DNA of 64,000 bases from a virus, in the IMG/VR virus record IMGVR_UViG_3300034101_003554, positions 64,001 to 128,000 of that record; one strand, 5' to 3'. Positions within the stretch are counted from its first letter, which is position 1, and each line of letters starts with the position of its first letter. Both the position numbers and the translations under genes were made by a program. Shown here one piece after another: positions 18,001 through 27,012 of this stretch. The notes beneath the pieces were generated by a model that saw only the letters and a list, made by a program, of their open reading frames with translations, ran no database searches and was not told the DNA's origin.

Positions 18001-18714
18001 ATGAATTTTGGTTCAATTAAATCAAAAATAGAAAAATTACTTTCGGAGTCTTATTCAAAACAAGAATTAAAACTTGATATGAAAGTATTTAAAACTTTAG
18101 TTTTAGAAAATAAAAATATTAGTAAGTTATTTTATTTATACGATGAGTTAAGTAGTAACAAGGGTATGAGTGAAACTATTGTGAATGATTACATTAATGA
18201 ATGTATCATTATGTATGAAAATATAATAAATAAAATATCTAAAAAAGATTTAAACCAATTAAAATTGTGGGTTTCAGATATTAAATCTGATAATAAATAT
18301 GAAAAAATTGATAATTTGTTTGAGACAAATATTTTCAAATTAGAACATAAAATTTTAAGTAGAAAATTAATTGCAGAATCTCTTAAAAAATCTAACAAAG
18401 AATCAAAAGAAGTTATTAATTTACCAATAAGTACGATGATAAATTTGGCAAACAAAACTATCAATAATTATATTGGTAATATGAATGAATCAGAGAAAGA
18501 AGAACTATCTAAGTTATTAAAGATAGATGAAAAAGATATAAAAGATTCATATCTAAACATTAAAGAAAATGTTTTAGATAAATTAAATAAATTGTTAATT
18601 GACTCCGATACAGAAACATCTGAAAAAATTAGTGAATCAATTTCAAAAATTAAAGATGAGAAATTTGATAAACTAAATTATTACAGATTAAAATCACTTA
18701 ATGATAGTATTTAA
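18001..18714 (+). CDS. Hypothetical head-module protein
   Basis: Helical ORF after the portal; ATATTTAT at 17938-17945. Confidence 0.75.
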   Translation: MNFGSIKSKIEKLLSESYSKQELKLDMKVFKTLVLENKNISKLFYLYDELSSNKGMSETIVNDYINECIIMYENIINKISKKDLNQLKLWVSDIKSDNKYEKIDNLFETNIFKLEHKILSRKLIAESLKKSNKESKEVINLPISTMINLANKTINNYIGNMNESEKEELSKLLKIDEKDIKDSYLNIKENVLDKLNKLLIDSDTETSEKISESISKIKDEKFDKLNYYRLKSLNDSI

Positions 18715-18715
18715 T

Positions 18716-18901
18716 CTAATTTAAATTTATTTTTTCCACATACTTTGCTTTATTTACTAAATTTCTTCTAGTTACTGAAGGTTTTGTAAATTCTTTTCTA
18801 TTTCTTAACTCAGACATCAATTTAGTTTTGATTACCTTACTCTTAAATAATTTAAGAGCTTTTTCTATTGGTGTCTTATTATCTACGTGTACAATTAACA
18901 T
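18716..18901 (-). CDS. rpsU: Ribosomal protein bS21, Bacteroidia-type
   Basis: IEKALKLFKSKV…ELRNRKEFTKPSVTRR signature; C-terminal KAKY with Tyr at position 54. Confidence 0.92.
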   Translation of the reverse strand: MLIVHVDNKTPIEKALKLFKSKVIKTKLMSELRNRKEFTKPSVTRRNLVNKAKYVEKINLN

Positions 18902-18934
18902 AAGTTTTAATTTTATTTTGATTTATTATTGTTT

Positions 18935-18963
18935 TTGACTTATTTAATAAATTTAATTACATT
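18935..18963 (+). promoter_or_regulatory. sigma70-like promoter candidate
   Basis: TTGACT-N17-TACATT upstream of ORF 18997. Confidence 0.45.
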
Positions 18964-18996
18964 TAATTAAAATAAACAGAAATTAATTTTTTTTTA

Positions 18997-19446
18997 ATGA
19001 AAAAGGGTAAAACCTCAAAAATTATAGGATTCAAAAACACTAAAGTCACTTATGGTACAGTTGATTCATTTGAATTAAAATCAATTTACTTAAATATCCA
19101 AACTTGGGTTGAACCCTATAAAGATTCAGATAATTGGAACAGAGTGGTTTTAAATCTATCTAGGTCAATAAAACATATTGTATTACGGTCAATAAACCAA
19201 AAATTTTTTAAAGAAAATTTTATAGTTGATTTAGACCTAAGACCTAGTGGTATTAACTTAAATAAAAAATCATTTTTAAATCTTGAAATCAATTTATTTA
19301 CAAATATTGAGAGTCTTGACTTTAAAGATAATTTTTTAAAAGAGTCATTGAAAGACTTAACAAAAAATATAATTAATTCAAATTTTAGTAAAAATGATTA
19401 TTTTAATTTCTCAATAACCAAAAAGACTAAGTCTCCAAATGTATAA
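18997..19446 (+). CDS. Hypothetical protein
   Basis: 149-aa ORF divergent from bS21. Confidence 0.75.
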   Translation: MKKGKTSKIIGFKNTKVTYGTVDSFELKSIYLNIQTWVEPYKDSDNWNRVVLNLSRSIKHIVLRSINQKFFKENFIVDLDLRPSGINLNKKSFLNLEINLFTNIESLDFKDNFLKESLKDLTKNIINSNFSKNDYFNFSITKKTKSPNV

Positions 19447-19468
19447 ATATCAAATTTATGATATTTAT
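19443..19468. promoter_or_regulatory. Back-to-back pair of putative late promoter motifs
   Basis: ATAAATATCA-AATTTA-TGATATTTAT, a perfect 10-bp inverted repeat. Confidence 0.55.
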
Positions 19469-19482
19469 GTTAAAAAACATAT

Positions 19483-20202
19483 ATGGACTTAAAAATAATT
19501 AAACCTGGAGAAATTGGTAAGGGAATTTTAATTGAATATGATGCAGGTTATGTATCACCAAGAACTGAACATAATTCATTTATATTAGAACAAAAATCTT
19601 ATTTAGACCATTCCAAACCATTTGAATTCTACGCTGTATTACAAAAATATAATACACCAAATCGTAATGGTAGAATTTATCCAGAAAAGATATTAAAGAG
19701 AGAAGCCGAGAATTATAAAAAGATAATTCAAAAAGGAACATCTTTATCTGAATTAAATCACCCAGAATCATCTTTAATTGACCTTGATAGAGTATCTCAT
19801 ATCATAAATGAAGTTTGGTGGGAAGGTCCTATATTAATGGGTAAACTCAAATTATTAACATCACCAGGATTCCACGAAAGAGGTATAGTATCAACTAAAG
19901 GTGATATGGCGGCAAATTATTTAAGACAAGGTGTTACCCTTGGTATTTCTTCTCGTGGAGTTGGTTCGTTAAAAAAAGTTGGTGAGCAAAATGAAGTCCA
20001 AGATGATTTTGAATTAATTTGTTTTGATTTGGTTTCTTCACCATCAACACCTGGTGCTTATCTTTTCTTAAATAAAGATGATAAACATATGTATGAAGAA
20101 AATCTTGAAGAAGAGAAAAAAATGTCAATAGAAAGAAATGTTGGTGATAGTGGTAATAAATCACTTGATTTAATGAAAAAATTGTCTAAACTTGGGTATT
20201 AG
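19483..20202 (+). CDS. Prohead core protease (T4 gp21-like)
   Basis: NRNGRIYP, ELNHP, GISSRGVGS, FDLVSSPSTPGA. Confidence 0.95.
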   Translation: MDLKIIKPGEIGKGILIEYDAGYVSPRTEHNSFILEQKSYLDHSKPFEFYAVLQKYNTPNRNGRIYPEKILKREAENYKKIIQKGTSLSELNHPESSLIDLDRVSHIINEVWWEGPILMGKLKLLTSPGFHERGIVSTKGDMAANYLRQGVTLGISSRGVGSLKKVGEQNEVQDDFELICFDLVSSPSTPGAYLFLNKDDKHMYEENLEEEKKMSIERNVGDSGNKSLDLMKKLSKLGY

Positions 20203-20226
20203 TTAATTTAAAAAAATAATATCAAA

Positions 20227-20442
20227 ATGGAAGATGGACAAAAATATTTTGTAGCAAAAATCGCCGAAGATTTGGTTGATGATGAAACAGGTAAAGTTAA
20301 AAAAGTAAAATTGGAAAAATTAGTTATGGGTTACACCCCAACAGATGTTGAAGCTAAAATAACCAAGGTTTACGAACATTACACTTTCAATTGGAGAATT
20401 ACTGCAATAGTAGAAAGTAAAATTGATGAGGTAATTGACTAA
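20227..20442 (+). CDS. Small protein, DUF4494-like
   Basis: YFVAKI…ETGKVKKVK…LV…TDVEAKI recalls the Bacteroidota DUF4494 pattern (from memory, unverified). Confidence 0.5.
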   Translation: MEDGQKYFVAKIAEDLVDDETGKVKKVKLEKLVMGYTPTDVEAKITKVYEHYTFNWRITAIVESKIDEVID

Positions 20443-20461
20443 AAGTTTTATTACAAATTTT

Positions 20462-20502
20462 AATAAGGATAATCCAAAATAAGGGTTATCCTTATTTTTT
20501 TT
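20462..20502 (+). terminator. Intrinsic terminator
   Basis: AATAAGGATAATCC-AAAATAA-GGGTTATCCTTATTTTTTTT. Confidence 0.75.
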
Positions 20503-20609
20503 GTTATATCATAATATTTATTTTATATAAAAACATATTTTTTTGATTTATTTAATCTTAAAAAATATTTTTTTAAAAAATTAACATATTTATAGAATAA
20601 AAAATAAAA

Positions 20610-22205
20610 ATGACAGAAAAAAAATCATTAGTAGAAGAAGCGATAATCCAAATGAAAAATTTGGAGGAATTAGTCGCTGAAAATGCAAAAGGAATACTTG
20701 CGTCAACAATGACAAAAGAAATCAAACAACTAGTAAAAGAATCTCTTAACGAACAAGATGAAGACGAAGAAGAAGTTGAAGATGAAGAAGAAATTGAAGA
20801 CGAAGAAGACATAAACATGGGTGACGAAATGGATATGGAAGACGAAATGGATATGGAAGACGAAATGGATATGGATGATGAAATGGATGGTATGAGTCAA
20901 GTGCAGATGGGGGACGATAAAACCTTAGACTTGACAAATATGGATACAGATTCTGTTGTCAAGATTTTTTCAGCATTAGATAGTGAAACTGAAGTTGAAG
21001 TCATTCCTGACCAACAAAAAGGTAAAGTGCATTTTAAAGATAAACGCACAAATAAAGAATATATTGTTATGTCAGAAAGCGAAATTGAAAGAGAAGTTAC
21101 TAGTGCAATACATGATACTTTTTCTGAAAGTGATTACATTGACGATGAAGAAGATTTTGACTTCATTCCTGAATACGAAGAAGATGAAGAAGAAGATTTT
21201 GACTTCATTCCTGAATACGAAGAAGATGAAGAAGAAGAATTTGATTTTCCTAAAGAGGAAGAAGGTTTTGAAAGTTCTTATGGAATCCAATACGAAGATG
21301 AAACTTTATACGAAATTGAAATGGAAGACGGAATGGACATGATGGAAATGGACAATGAGATGGATATGATGGAAATGGATATGGAAGATGAAACTTTATA
21401 CGAAATTGAAATGGAAGAAGACGATGAAGACTTTGAAAGTGATGAGTATATGATGGAATCAAAAAAATCAACAAAAAAACCAAAAGGTATGGGTTTTGGT
21501 TCAGCATCTAAATTCAAATTTCCAAGTAAAACTACTGATTACCCAACTAAAAAACAAAAACAAGGCACTAAAGGTGTAGGTATGGGTAAAGGTCCTAAAA
21601 AAGACATATATAAATCTGACTCTCCAAGTTTTGATGGTGAATTCTCTAAGAAACCAACCAAATCAAAAGAAACAAAAGGAAGTATGATGATGAAGCCTAA
21701 AAAAGTAGAAACAAAAGAGGCCGCACGTACTTTAGGAAACGGAAAATATTGGGGTAGAGATGGTCTTCCAAAACCAAGAACAGCTCCTCGTCATCTAAGA
21801 AATGAATCTGTTGAGTCTCAAGAATTAAATTTACTTAGAGAAAAAAACGAAGAGTACAGAAAAGCATTAAACATTTTTAGAACTAAACTTGATGAAGTAG
21901 CAATCTTTAATTCAAACTTAGCGTACGCAACTAGATTATTTACAGAACATTCTACATCAAAACAAGAAAAAATTAACATTCTACAAAGATTTGATGGTGT
22001 TGAAACTCTTAAAGAATCTAAAAATCTTTACAAAGTAATTAAAGACGAATTATCGAACACTAAGACTCAACAAGTTAATGAATCAATTGAAAGAACTATT
22101 ACGAAGACACCTTCTACCGGTTCTGCAATTAATTTAATTGAATCAAAAACATATGAAAATCCACAATTCTTAAGAATGAAGGATTTAATGTCAAAATTAA
22201 AATAA
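20610..22205 (+). CDS. Prohead scaffold/core protein (gp22-like position)
   Basis: Between protease and capsid genes; acidic D/E/M tracts, Lys-rich block, C-terminal coiled coil; many [IL]xE sites. Confidence 0.8.
   Translation: MTEKKSLVEEAIIQMKNLEELVAENAKGILASTMTKEIKQLVKESLNEQDEDEEEVEDEEEIEDEEDINMGDEMDMEDEMDMEDEMDMDDEMDGMSQVQMGDDKTLDLTNMDTDSVVKIFSALDSETEVEVIPDQQKGKVHFKDKRTNKEYIVMSESEIEREVTSAIHDTFSESDYIDDEEDFDFIPEYEEDEEEDFDFIPEYEEDEEEEFDFPKEEEGFESSYGIQYEDETLYEIEMEDGMDMMEMDNEMDMMEMDMEDETLYEIEMEEDDEDFESDEYMMESKKSTKKPKGMGFGSASKFKFPSKTTDYPTKKQKQGTKGVGMGKGPKKDIYKSDSPSFDGEFSKKPTKSKETKGSMMMKPKKVETKEAARTLGNGKYWGRDGLPKPRTAPRHLRNESVESQELNLLREKNEEYRKALNIFRTKLDEVAIFNSNLAYATRLFTEHSTSKQEKINILQRFDGVETLKESKNLYKVIKDELSNTKTQQVNESIERTITKTPSTGSAINLIESKTYENPQFLRMKDLMSKLK
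21147..21251 (+). repeat. 42-bp in-frame tandem repeat (two perfect copies plus a partial)
   Basis: GAAGAAGATTTTGACTTCATTCCTGAATACGAAGAAGATGAA at 21147 and 21189; also 18-bp repeats near 20823-20885 and a ~35-bp duplication at 21295/21385. Confidence 0.9.
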
Positions 22206-22241
22206 ACAATAAACAAAATTAAAACAAAAATCAAATACAAA

Positions 22242-24089
22242 ATGGGAGCATTATTAGAAAGCGGTCTTGTTGGTAACATTGGTTTAAAACACCTTAAAGT
22301 TATCAAAGAAGATACTATTAACAAATGGGATAGATTAGGATTCCTTGATGGCCTTAGAGGTCACCTAAAAGAAAATGTTGCACAGTTATATGAAAACCAA
22401 GCATCATTCTTAATCAATGAGGCAACAGCTGATGGAAGTTCTGGTTCATTCGAAACAGTTGTATTTCCAATCGTTAGACGTGTATTCTCTAAATTATTAG
22501 CAAATGATATCGTATCTGTACAAGCTATGAACTTACCTATCGGTAAATTGTTCTACTTCGTACCTAAAATCCAAGGTTATAATGGTGGTGGTAATACCAA
22601 TTCTGGTGAACATTACGGTCCGTTTGGCGCTCCAGGAGGTCCTAGTGAAGTAAACGCAGGTTATGGTGATAGTGCTGGAGCTTATCAAAAAAATCTTTAT
22701 GATTTATTTTACGAAGGTAATGAACCTAGTTTAAATCCTGCCGGATTATTTGATTATTCTAAAGGTCAATGGTCTGCGATTACAACTGGTACAACAGTTC
22801 AAGTTTGGAGTAATGGTCTATTAACAGGTGCTACAGATCAATTTACAGCTAACACTACTATCAGAAAAGTAATCGTTAAACTTTGTAATTTCACTAACTT
22901 AGGTGTTGGTAAACTTATTGCTCCTGATGGTAATGAAATTGACACAGAATCTTTCTTGTCTGATTTGAAGCTTATGGCGACTAGCGCTAAAAGTGAATCA
23001 GCATTCTCATCAGATACTTGTGATGCAATATACAATGTCGATGGAAGTAAAAAATCATTATTGTTTAGAGTTGTAACTCAACAATATGGTAAAGGTATTG
23101 TTTCTCCAACATCAACACCAAATAAAACTACATGGGCTTCTAATGGTGGTGGTGGAACATTCAATGACATTTGTGGTCAAGATGGTTGTATCTATTTAGA
23201 AGTTGACCTTTCTTGTCCAGTATGTGCAACTTGTGATAATTCTAACACAATTGATGGTTACACTGGTACAACTTTAACAAGTACTTTATCTGGAGACGCT
23301 TTCACAGCTGTTTGGAGAAGATACGAAGAACTTGAATTCGAAGATAAAATTGGTGAAGTTTCTTTCGACCTTGAATCAGTAACTGTTTCTGTAACTGAAA
23401 GAAAACTTAGAGCTCAATGGTCTCCTGAACTTGCTCAAGACGTTGCAGCATTCCATAACATTGATGCTGAAGCTGAATTGACGGCTCTTCTTTCTGAACA
23501 AGTTGCTGCTGAAATCGATAGAGAAATCCTTCGTGACCTTAGAAAAGGTGCGGCTTGGAACTTGAGATGGGACTACAACGGATGGAGAAGAATTCAAAAT
23601 ACAACTTCTTACACTCAAAAAGACTGGAACCAAACGTTGATTACTGCTATCAACCAACTTTCAGCTCAAATTCACAAATCAACTCTTAGAGGTGGTGCTA
23701 ACTGGATTGTTGTTTCTTCTGAGGTTTCTGCAATCTTTGATGACTTGGAATACTTCCACGTATCAAATGCTTCTCCTGAGCAAGACCAATACAACATGGG
23801 TATTGAAAGAGTAGGTACATTAGCTGGTAGATACCAAGTATATCGTGACCCTTACTTCCCACCTAACCAAGTGTTAATCGGACATAAAGGTACATCACTT
23901 CTTGATACTGGTTACATCTACGCTCCGTATGTTCCACTTCAATTAACTCCAACAATGTATAATCCATTCAACTTTACTCCTATTAAGGGTATTATGACAC
24001 GTTACGCCAAAAAAATGGTGAACAACAGATTTTATGCCAGAATTACAGTTGATGGTGTTAGAACATTTGACTTACAAGAATTGAGATAG
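22242..24089 (+). CDS. Major capsid protein (T4 gp23-like) with Cys-rich insertion
   Basis: IVRRVF, VSVQAMNLPIG, RKLRAQWSPELAQD, DAEAELTALLSEQVAAEIDREI, GYIYAPYVPL, GIMTRYA; optimised codon usage. Confidence 0.97.
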   Translation: MGALLESGLVGNIGLKHLKVIKEDTINKWDRLGFLDGLRGHLKENVAQLYENQASFLINEATADGSSGSFETVVFPIVRRVFSKLLANDIVSVQAMNLPIGKLFYFVPKIQGYNGGGNTNSGEHYGPFGAPGGPSEVNAGYGDSAGAYQKNLYDLFYEGNEPSLNPAGLFDYSKGQWSAITTGTTVQVWSNGLLTGATDQFTANTTIRKVIVKLCNFTNLGVGKLIAPDGNEIDTESFLSDLKLMATSAKSESAFSSDTCDAIYNVDGSKKSLLFRVVTQQYGKGIVSPTSTPNKTTWASNGGGGTFNDICGQDGCIYLEVDLSCPVCATCDNSNTIDGYTGTTLTSTLSGDAFTAVWRRYEELEFEDKIGEVSFDLESVTVSVTERKLRAQWSPELAQDVAAFHNIDAEAELTALLSEQVAAEIDREILRDLRKGAAWNLRWDYNGWRRIQNTTSYTQKDWNQTLITAINQLSAQIHKSTLRGGANWIVVSSEVSAIFDDLEYFHVSNASPEQDQYNMGIERVGTLAGRYQVYRDPYFPPNQVLIGHKGTSLLDTGYIYAPYVPLQLTPTMYNPFNFTPIKGIMTRYAKKMVNNRFYARITVDGVRTFDLQELR

Positions 24090-24111
24090 TAAATCTTAAT
24101 AAAAAATGACG

Positions 24112-24141
24112 AGAGGGACAAGTTTTTGTCCCTCTTTTTTT
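24112..24141 (+). terminator. Capsid gene terminator
   Basis: AGAGGGACAA-GTTT-TTGTCCCTCT-TTTTTT. Confidence 0.85.
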
Positions 24142-24196
24142 ATTAATTTAACATAAATAATTGATTTTATGTTCTTATTTCATATATTTATATTAT

Positions 24197-24877
24197 ATGA
24201 AAAGAATAGAATTAGATAAAAACGTTATTGATGAGATTATACGATTATACAACGAGGAAATGTTGGGTAGTCCATCAATATCCGAAAAATTGGGTATAAA
24301 TAGACATATTGTTTTACGAGTACTTAAAGAAAATAATATTAAGGTTGGAGTGCCTGGTCAAAAGTTTAAAGGTGGGAAATATGCTTCATATAAAAGAAAT
24401 TGTCATAAACATAAAGATAAAAAAAATGAGTATCATAAAGAATGGTCAAAACAAAATAGAAACAGACTTAATGAATACCACAAAGAGTGGAGAGAGAAGA
24501 ACATTGACAAACATAGAGAGAAAAAACGTAACTACGAAAAATACAAAAAAAGTACAGATCCAATATACAAACTAATATCTAATTTTAGAACTGCAATATA
24601 CATTGTTCTAAAAGAGAACAAATTGGATAAGTATACCAACTATTTCAATATGGTTGGGTATTCCGCATTAGATTTAAAAAAACATTTAGAAAAACAATTT
24701 ATTGATGGTATGACTTGGGACAATTATGGTGAATGGCATATTGACCATATTAAACCAATATCATTGTTTGTATTTGAAAGTGTGGATAATAAAGAGTTTA
24801 AAGAATGTTGGTCTTTGGATAATTTACAGCCAATGTGGGGTGTTGAGAATATAAAAAAAGGAAATAAACTATTTTAG
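24197..24877 (+). CDS. Free-standing HNH endonuclease with N-terminal HTH (start corrected to ATG 24197)
   Basis: MTWDNYGEWHIDHIKP…NLQPMWGVENIKKGNK; HTH-like SISEKLGINRHIVLRVL. Confidence 0.85.
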   Translation: MKRIELDKNVIDEIIRLYNEEMLGSPSISEKLGINRHIVLRVLKENNIKVGVPGQKFKGGKYASYKRNCHKHKDKKNEYHKEWSKQNRNRLNEYHKEWREKNIDKHREKKRNYEKYKKSTDPIYKLISNFRTAIYIVLKENKLDKYTNYFNMVGYSALDLKKHLEKQFIDGMTWDNYGEWHIDHIKPISLFVFESVDNKEFKECWSLDNLQPMWGVENIKKGNKLF

Positions 24878-24927
24878 TTTATTTTTATCCAACTAATAGA
24901 TATTTATAAAGAAAAAAATTAATCAAT

Positions 24928-26742
24928 ATGAAAAAATTATATTATTTAGATGAATCTGAGAAAGAACGAATTCTCAATATGCACAAAGACGCAACAAAAA
25001 ATAATTATTTAATTAAAAAAAATGATGATGAAAATTTAATAATTGAACGTCCATTAAAAAAAGTTCGTAATTTTCTTTTTGGTACAGGTCCATATAAAAA
25101 ATATGGTGGTGTTACTGTTGGTAGTAAAACCAAAGATTACATAACTACATTACAAACGGAATTATCTAATAAATTAAATAGTTATTTAGATAATGGTGAT
25201 ATCTATATTGCCACAAAAAGAATTAAAGGTTCTGATAGTCCTGAGATGATAGAATGGAGAACAGAACTTATAGACTTGAAAAACGAAATTATAACTCTTC
25301 AAAGAAAGTTAAGAGACGAAAAAATGGAGTTAAGCATAAGTGATAAAGCAACAGAGAAAAAGAACCTTAAGATTAAAATTTCACTTTATGAGGATCAGTT
25401 AATTGAAACTCAAAAAAGAGCCGTTGAATTAGAAAAAAATATTCTAAATTATAATACAATGAAACATGAAATCTATGGTGTTCAAGATGTTAAAATAATT
25501 ACTTTAGAGCAATTAAAACAAATAATTGATAAAAATGTTCAAAAAATCGACTTGGATGAAAATGAGGAAGAAATTCTTGCTTATTTGTTTGAAAAAGAAG
25601 CAAATATAATAAATCCAAACGAAATTAAAATATCCGGTGATTATTATGTCCCTATAGACTCAAGTAAAAAAATATCAAAATTAAATCCTAGTACAGACCC
25701 AGATTTTATAGATAAGTTTAAAAAAACTGCACCTAGTTATCGTGCTCACCCTAAAAGTGTAGGGAATAGAAAATTAGCTAGATGGGCAAAAAAACATCCA
25801 GTGCGTGCAATTATTTGGAGTTTAGCGATTATATCAAAAATTGGAATTATTCTTTGGTATTTTTATACATCAGCAGAAATGTTTGGTAAGTCAATTGCAG
25901 CCTCATTTGATGGGTTTAAAAAAACTACGGATGGTGAAGGAGCTGATATGTATTTAGAAGAAATGTGTGGAGTACTACAAAATGACCCAAGTATTGGAAA
26001 ATGGGTTGGGGATGATAAGAGTAAAAATAATTATGCTTTTTTAAAAGGAATTTTACCTAATATTGATAAAAATCAGTTTAAAGAACAATTAAATAGAAGA
26101 TTTTTAATTCCCGCTAACATTTGTAAGTGTGTTGCAACTTCTAAAAACGAGGGAAAAGAAGGTGGAATCAACACAATTATTTATAATAAAAATAAAGATT
26201 TGTTTGACATTATGAAAAAACATATAACTTTTGTTATGAACGATTCTGTCAGCGGTAATCAATTAAAAAGAGCTTGGGATGAGTTATCTAAAAAACAAAT
26301 TGTAACTACTTTTAAAAATAAACAATATGGTCTTGGTGTGGATAAAGGTACTGATGTATCAATTTCAGGAGCTGAAGCTATAAGATATGCAAGGTTAGAT
26401 GATGTAACCGATCCAGTTTGTAAACAGAATTTTTTAAATGTTTTTACCGAAGGAAATAATTTTGATGTAAAATTACTTGGGGTGTTCTCACATGATGGTA
26501 AAATTTATCAAGAGACAACCTGGAATAAGGCATTAGTACCTGTTTTAATTTATCAAGCTTATGATGAAAATTATAATAAAAAATGGTATTTAGGTTGTAA
26601 GGTTATTAGTGAAGAAATTTTTGAAAAAGTACAAGAAATAAATAGACTTGTTAATTCTAATATTTATAAGGATGAGTTTGAAGCAAAAGCAAAAGAATTT
26701 CAGGCTAAGGCGGATACAATTATTTCTATGATACAAAGATAA
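24928..26742 (+). CDS. Putative internal virion protein with coiled coil and one hydrophobic helix
   Basis: N-terminal LDESEKERILNMH; AIIWSLAIISKIGIILWYFY; ATATTTAT at 24900-24907. Confidence 0.6.
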   Translation: MKKLYYLDESEKERILNMHKDATKNNYLIKKNDDENLIIERPLKKVRNFLFGTGPYKKYGGVTVGSKTKDYITTLQTELSNKLNSYLDNGDIYIATKRIKGSDSPEMIEWRTELIDLKNEIITLQRKLRDEKMELSISDKATEKKNLKIKISLYEDQLIETQKRAVELEKNILNYNTMKHEIYGVQDVKIITLEQLKQIIDKNVQKIDLDENEEEILAYLFEKEANIINPNEIKISGDYYVPIDSSKKISKLNPSTDPDFIDKFKKTAPSYRAHPKSVGNRKLARWAKKHPVRAIIWSLAIISKIGIILWYFYTSAEMFGKSIAASFDGFKKTTDGEGADMYLEEMCGVLQNDPSIGKWVGDDKSKNNYAFLKGILPNIDKNQFKEQLNRRFLIPANICKCVATSKNEGKEGGINTIIYNKNKDLFDIMKKHITFVMNDSVSGNQLKRAWDELSKKQIVTTFKNKQYGLGVDKGTDVSISGAEAIRYARLDDVTDPVCKQNFLNVFTEGNNFDVKLLGVFSHDGKIYQETTWNKALVPVLIYQAYDENYNKKWYLGCKVISEEIFEKVQEINRLVNSNIYKDEFEAKAKEFQAKADTIISMIQR

Positions 26743-26788
26743 AATAAGTAATGATATTGGTAGTATTACTTACGTAAGTAAATGAAAG

Positions 26789-26998
26789 TTATGATAAACT
26801 TAAAACTCTAATACTTTTTGATATTATTTCAGCTTCGGCTAATGAAAAAGTACCTTCGTGGTAAGCATGTTTAACCGCTTGTACTAAAAAATAAATTGAG
26901 GAATCTTTATCTAATGTCTGGAGTAGTACATCTAGGTGGTTTTCGGATAGTAATGTTACGGTATTGAATAGTTTTCCATATATTTTTTCTTCTTCCAT
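26789..26998 (-). CDS. Hypothetical protein
   Basis: 69-aa ORF filling the intergenic gap. Confidence 0.7.
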   Translation of the reverse strand: MEEEKIYGKLFNTVTLLSENHLDVLLQTLDKDSSIYFLVQAVKHAYHEGTFSLAEAEIISKSIRVLSLS

Positions 26999-27012
26999 AA
27001 TTTTTTATTAGA

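Noticed and set aside
21147-21420. Direct repeats that could suggest a CRISPR array
   Set aside because: They are tandem or in-frame coding duplications without unique spacers, and no cas genes are present.
20573-22324. Several overlapping alternative-frame and antisense ORFs (e.g. 20983-21342, 21250-21507)
   Set aside because: They are shadows of the low-complexity scaffold codons, with no independent start signals.
14142-24089. Introns or inteins in terminase, portal or capsid genes
   Set aside because: The ORFs are continuous, and the capsid insert lacks intein C/S…HN termini and endonuclease motifs.
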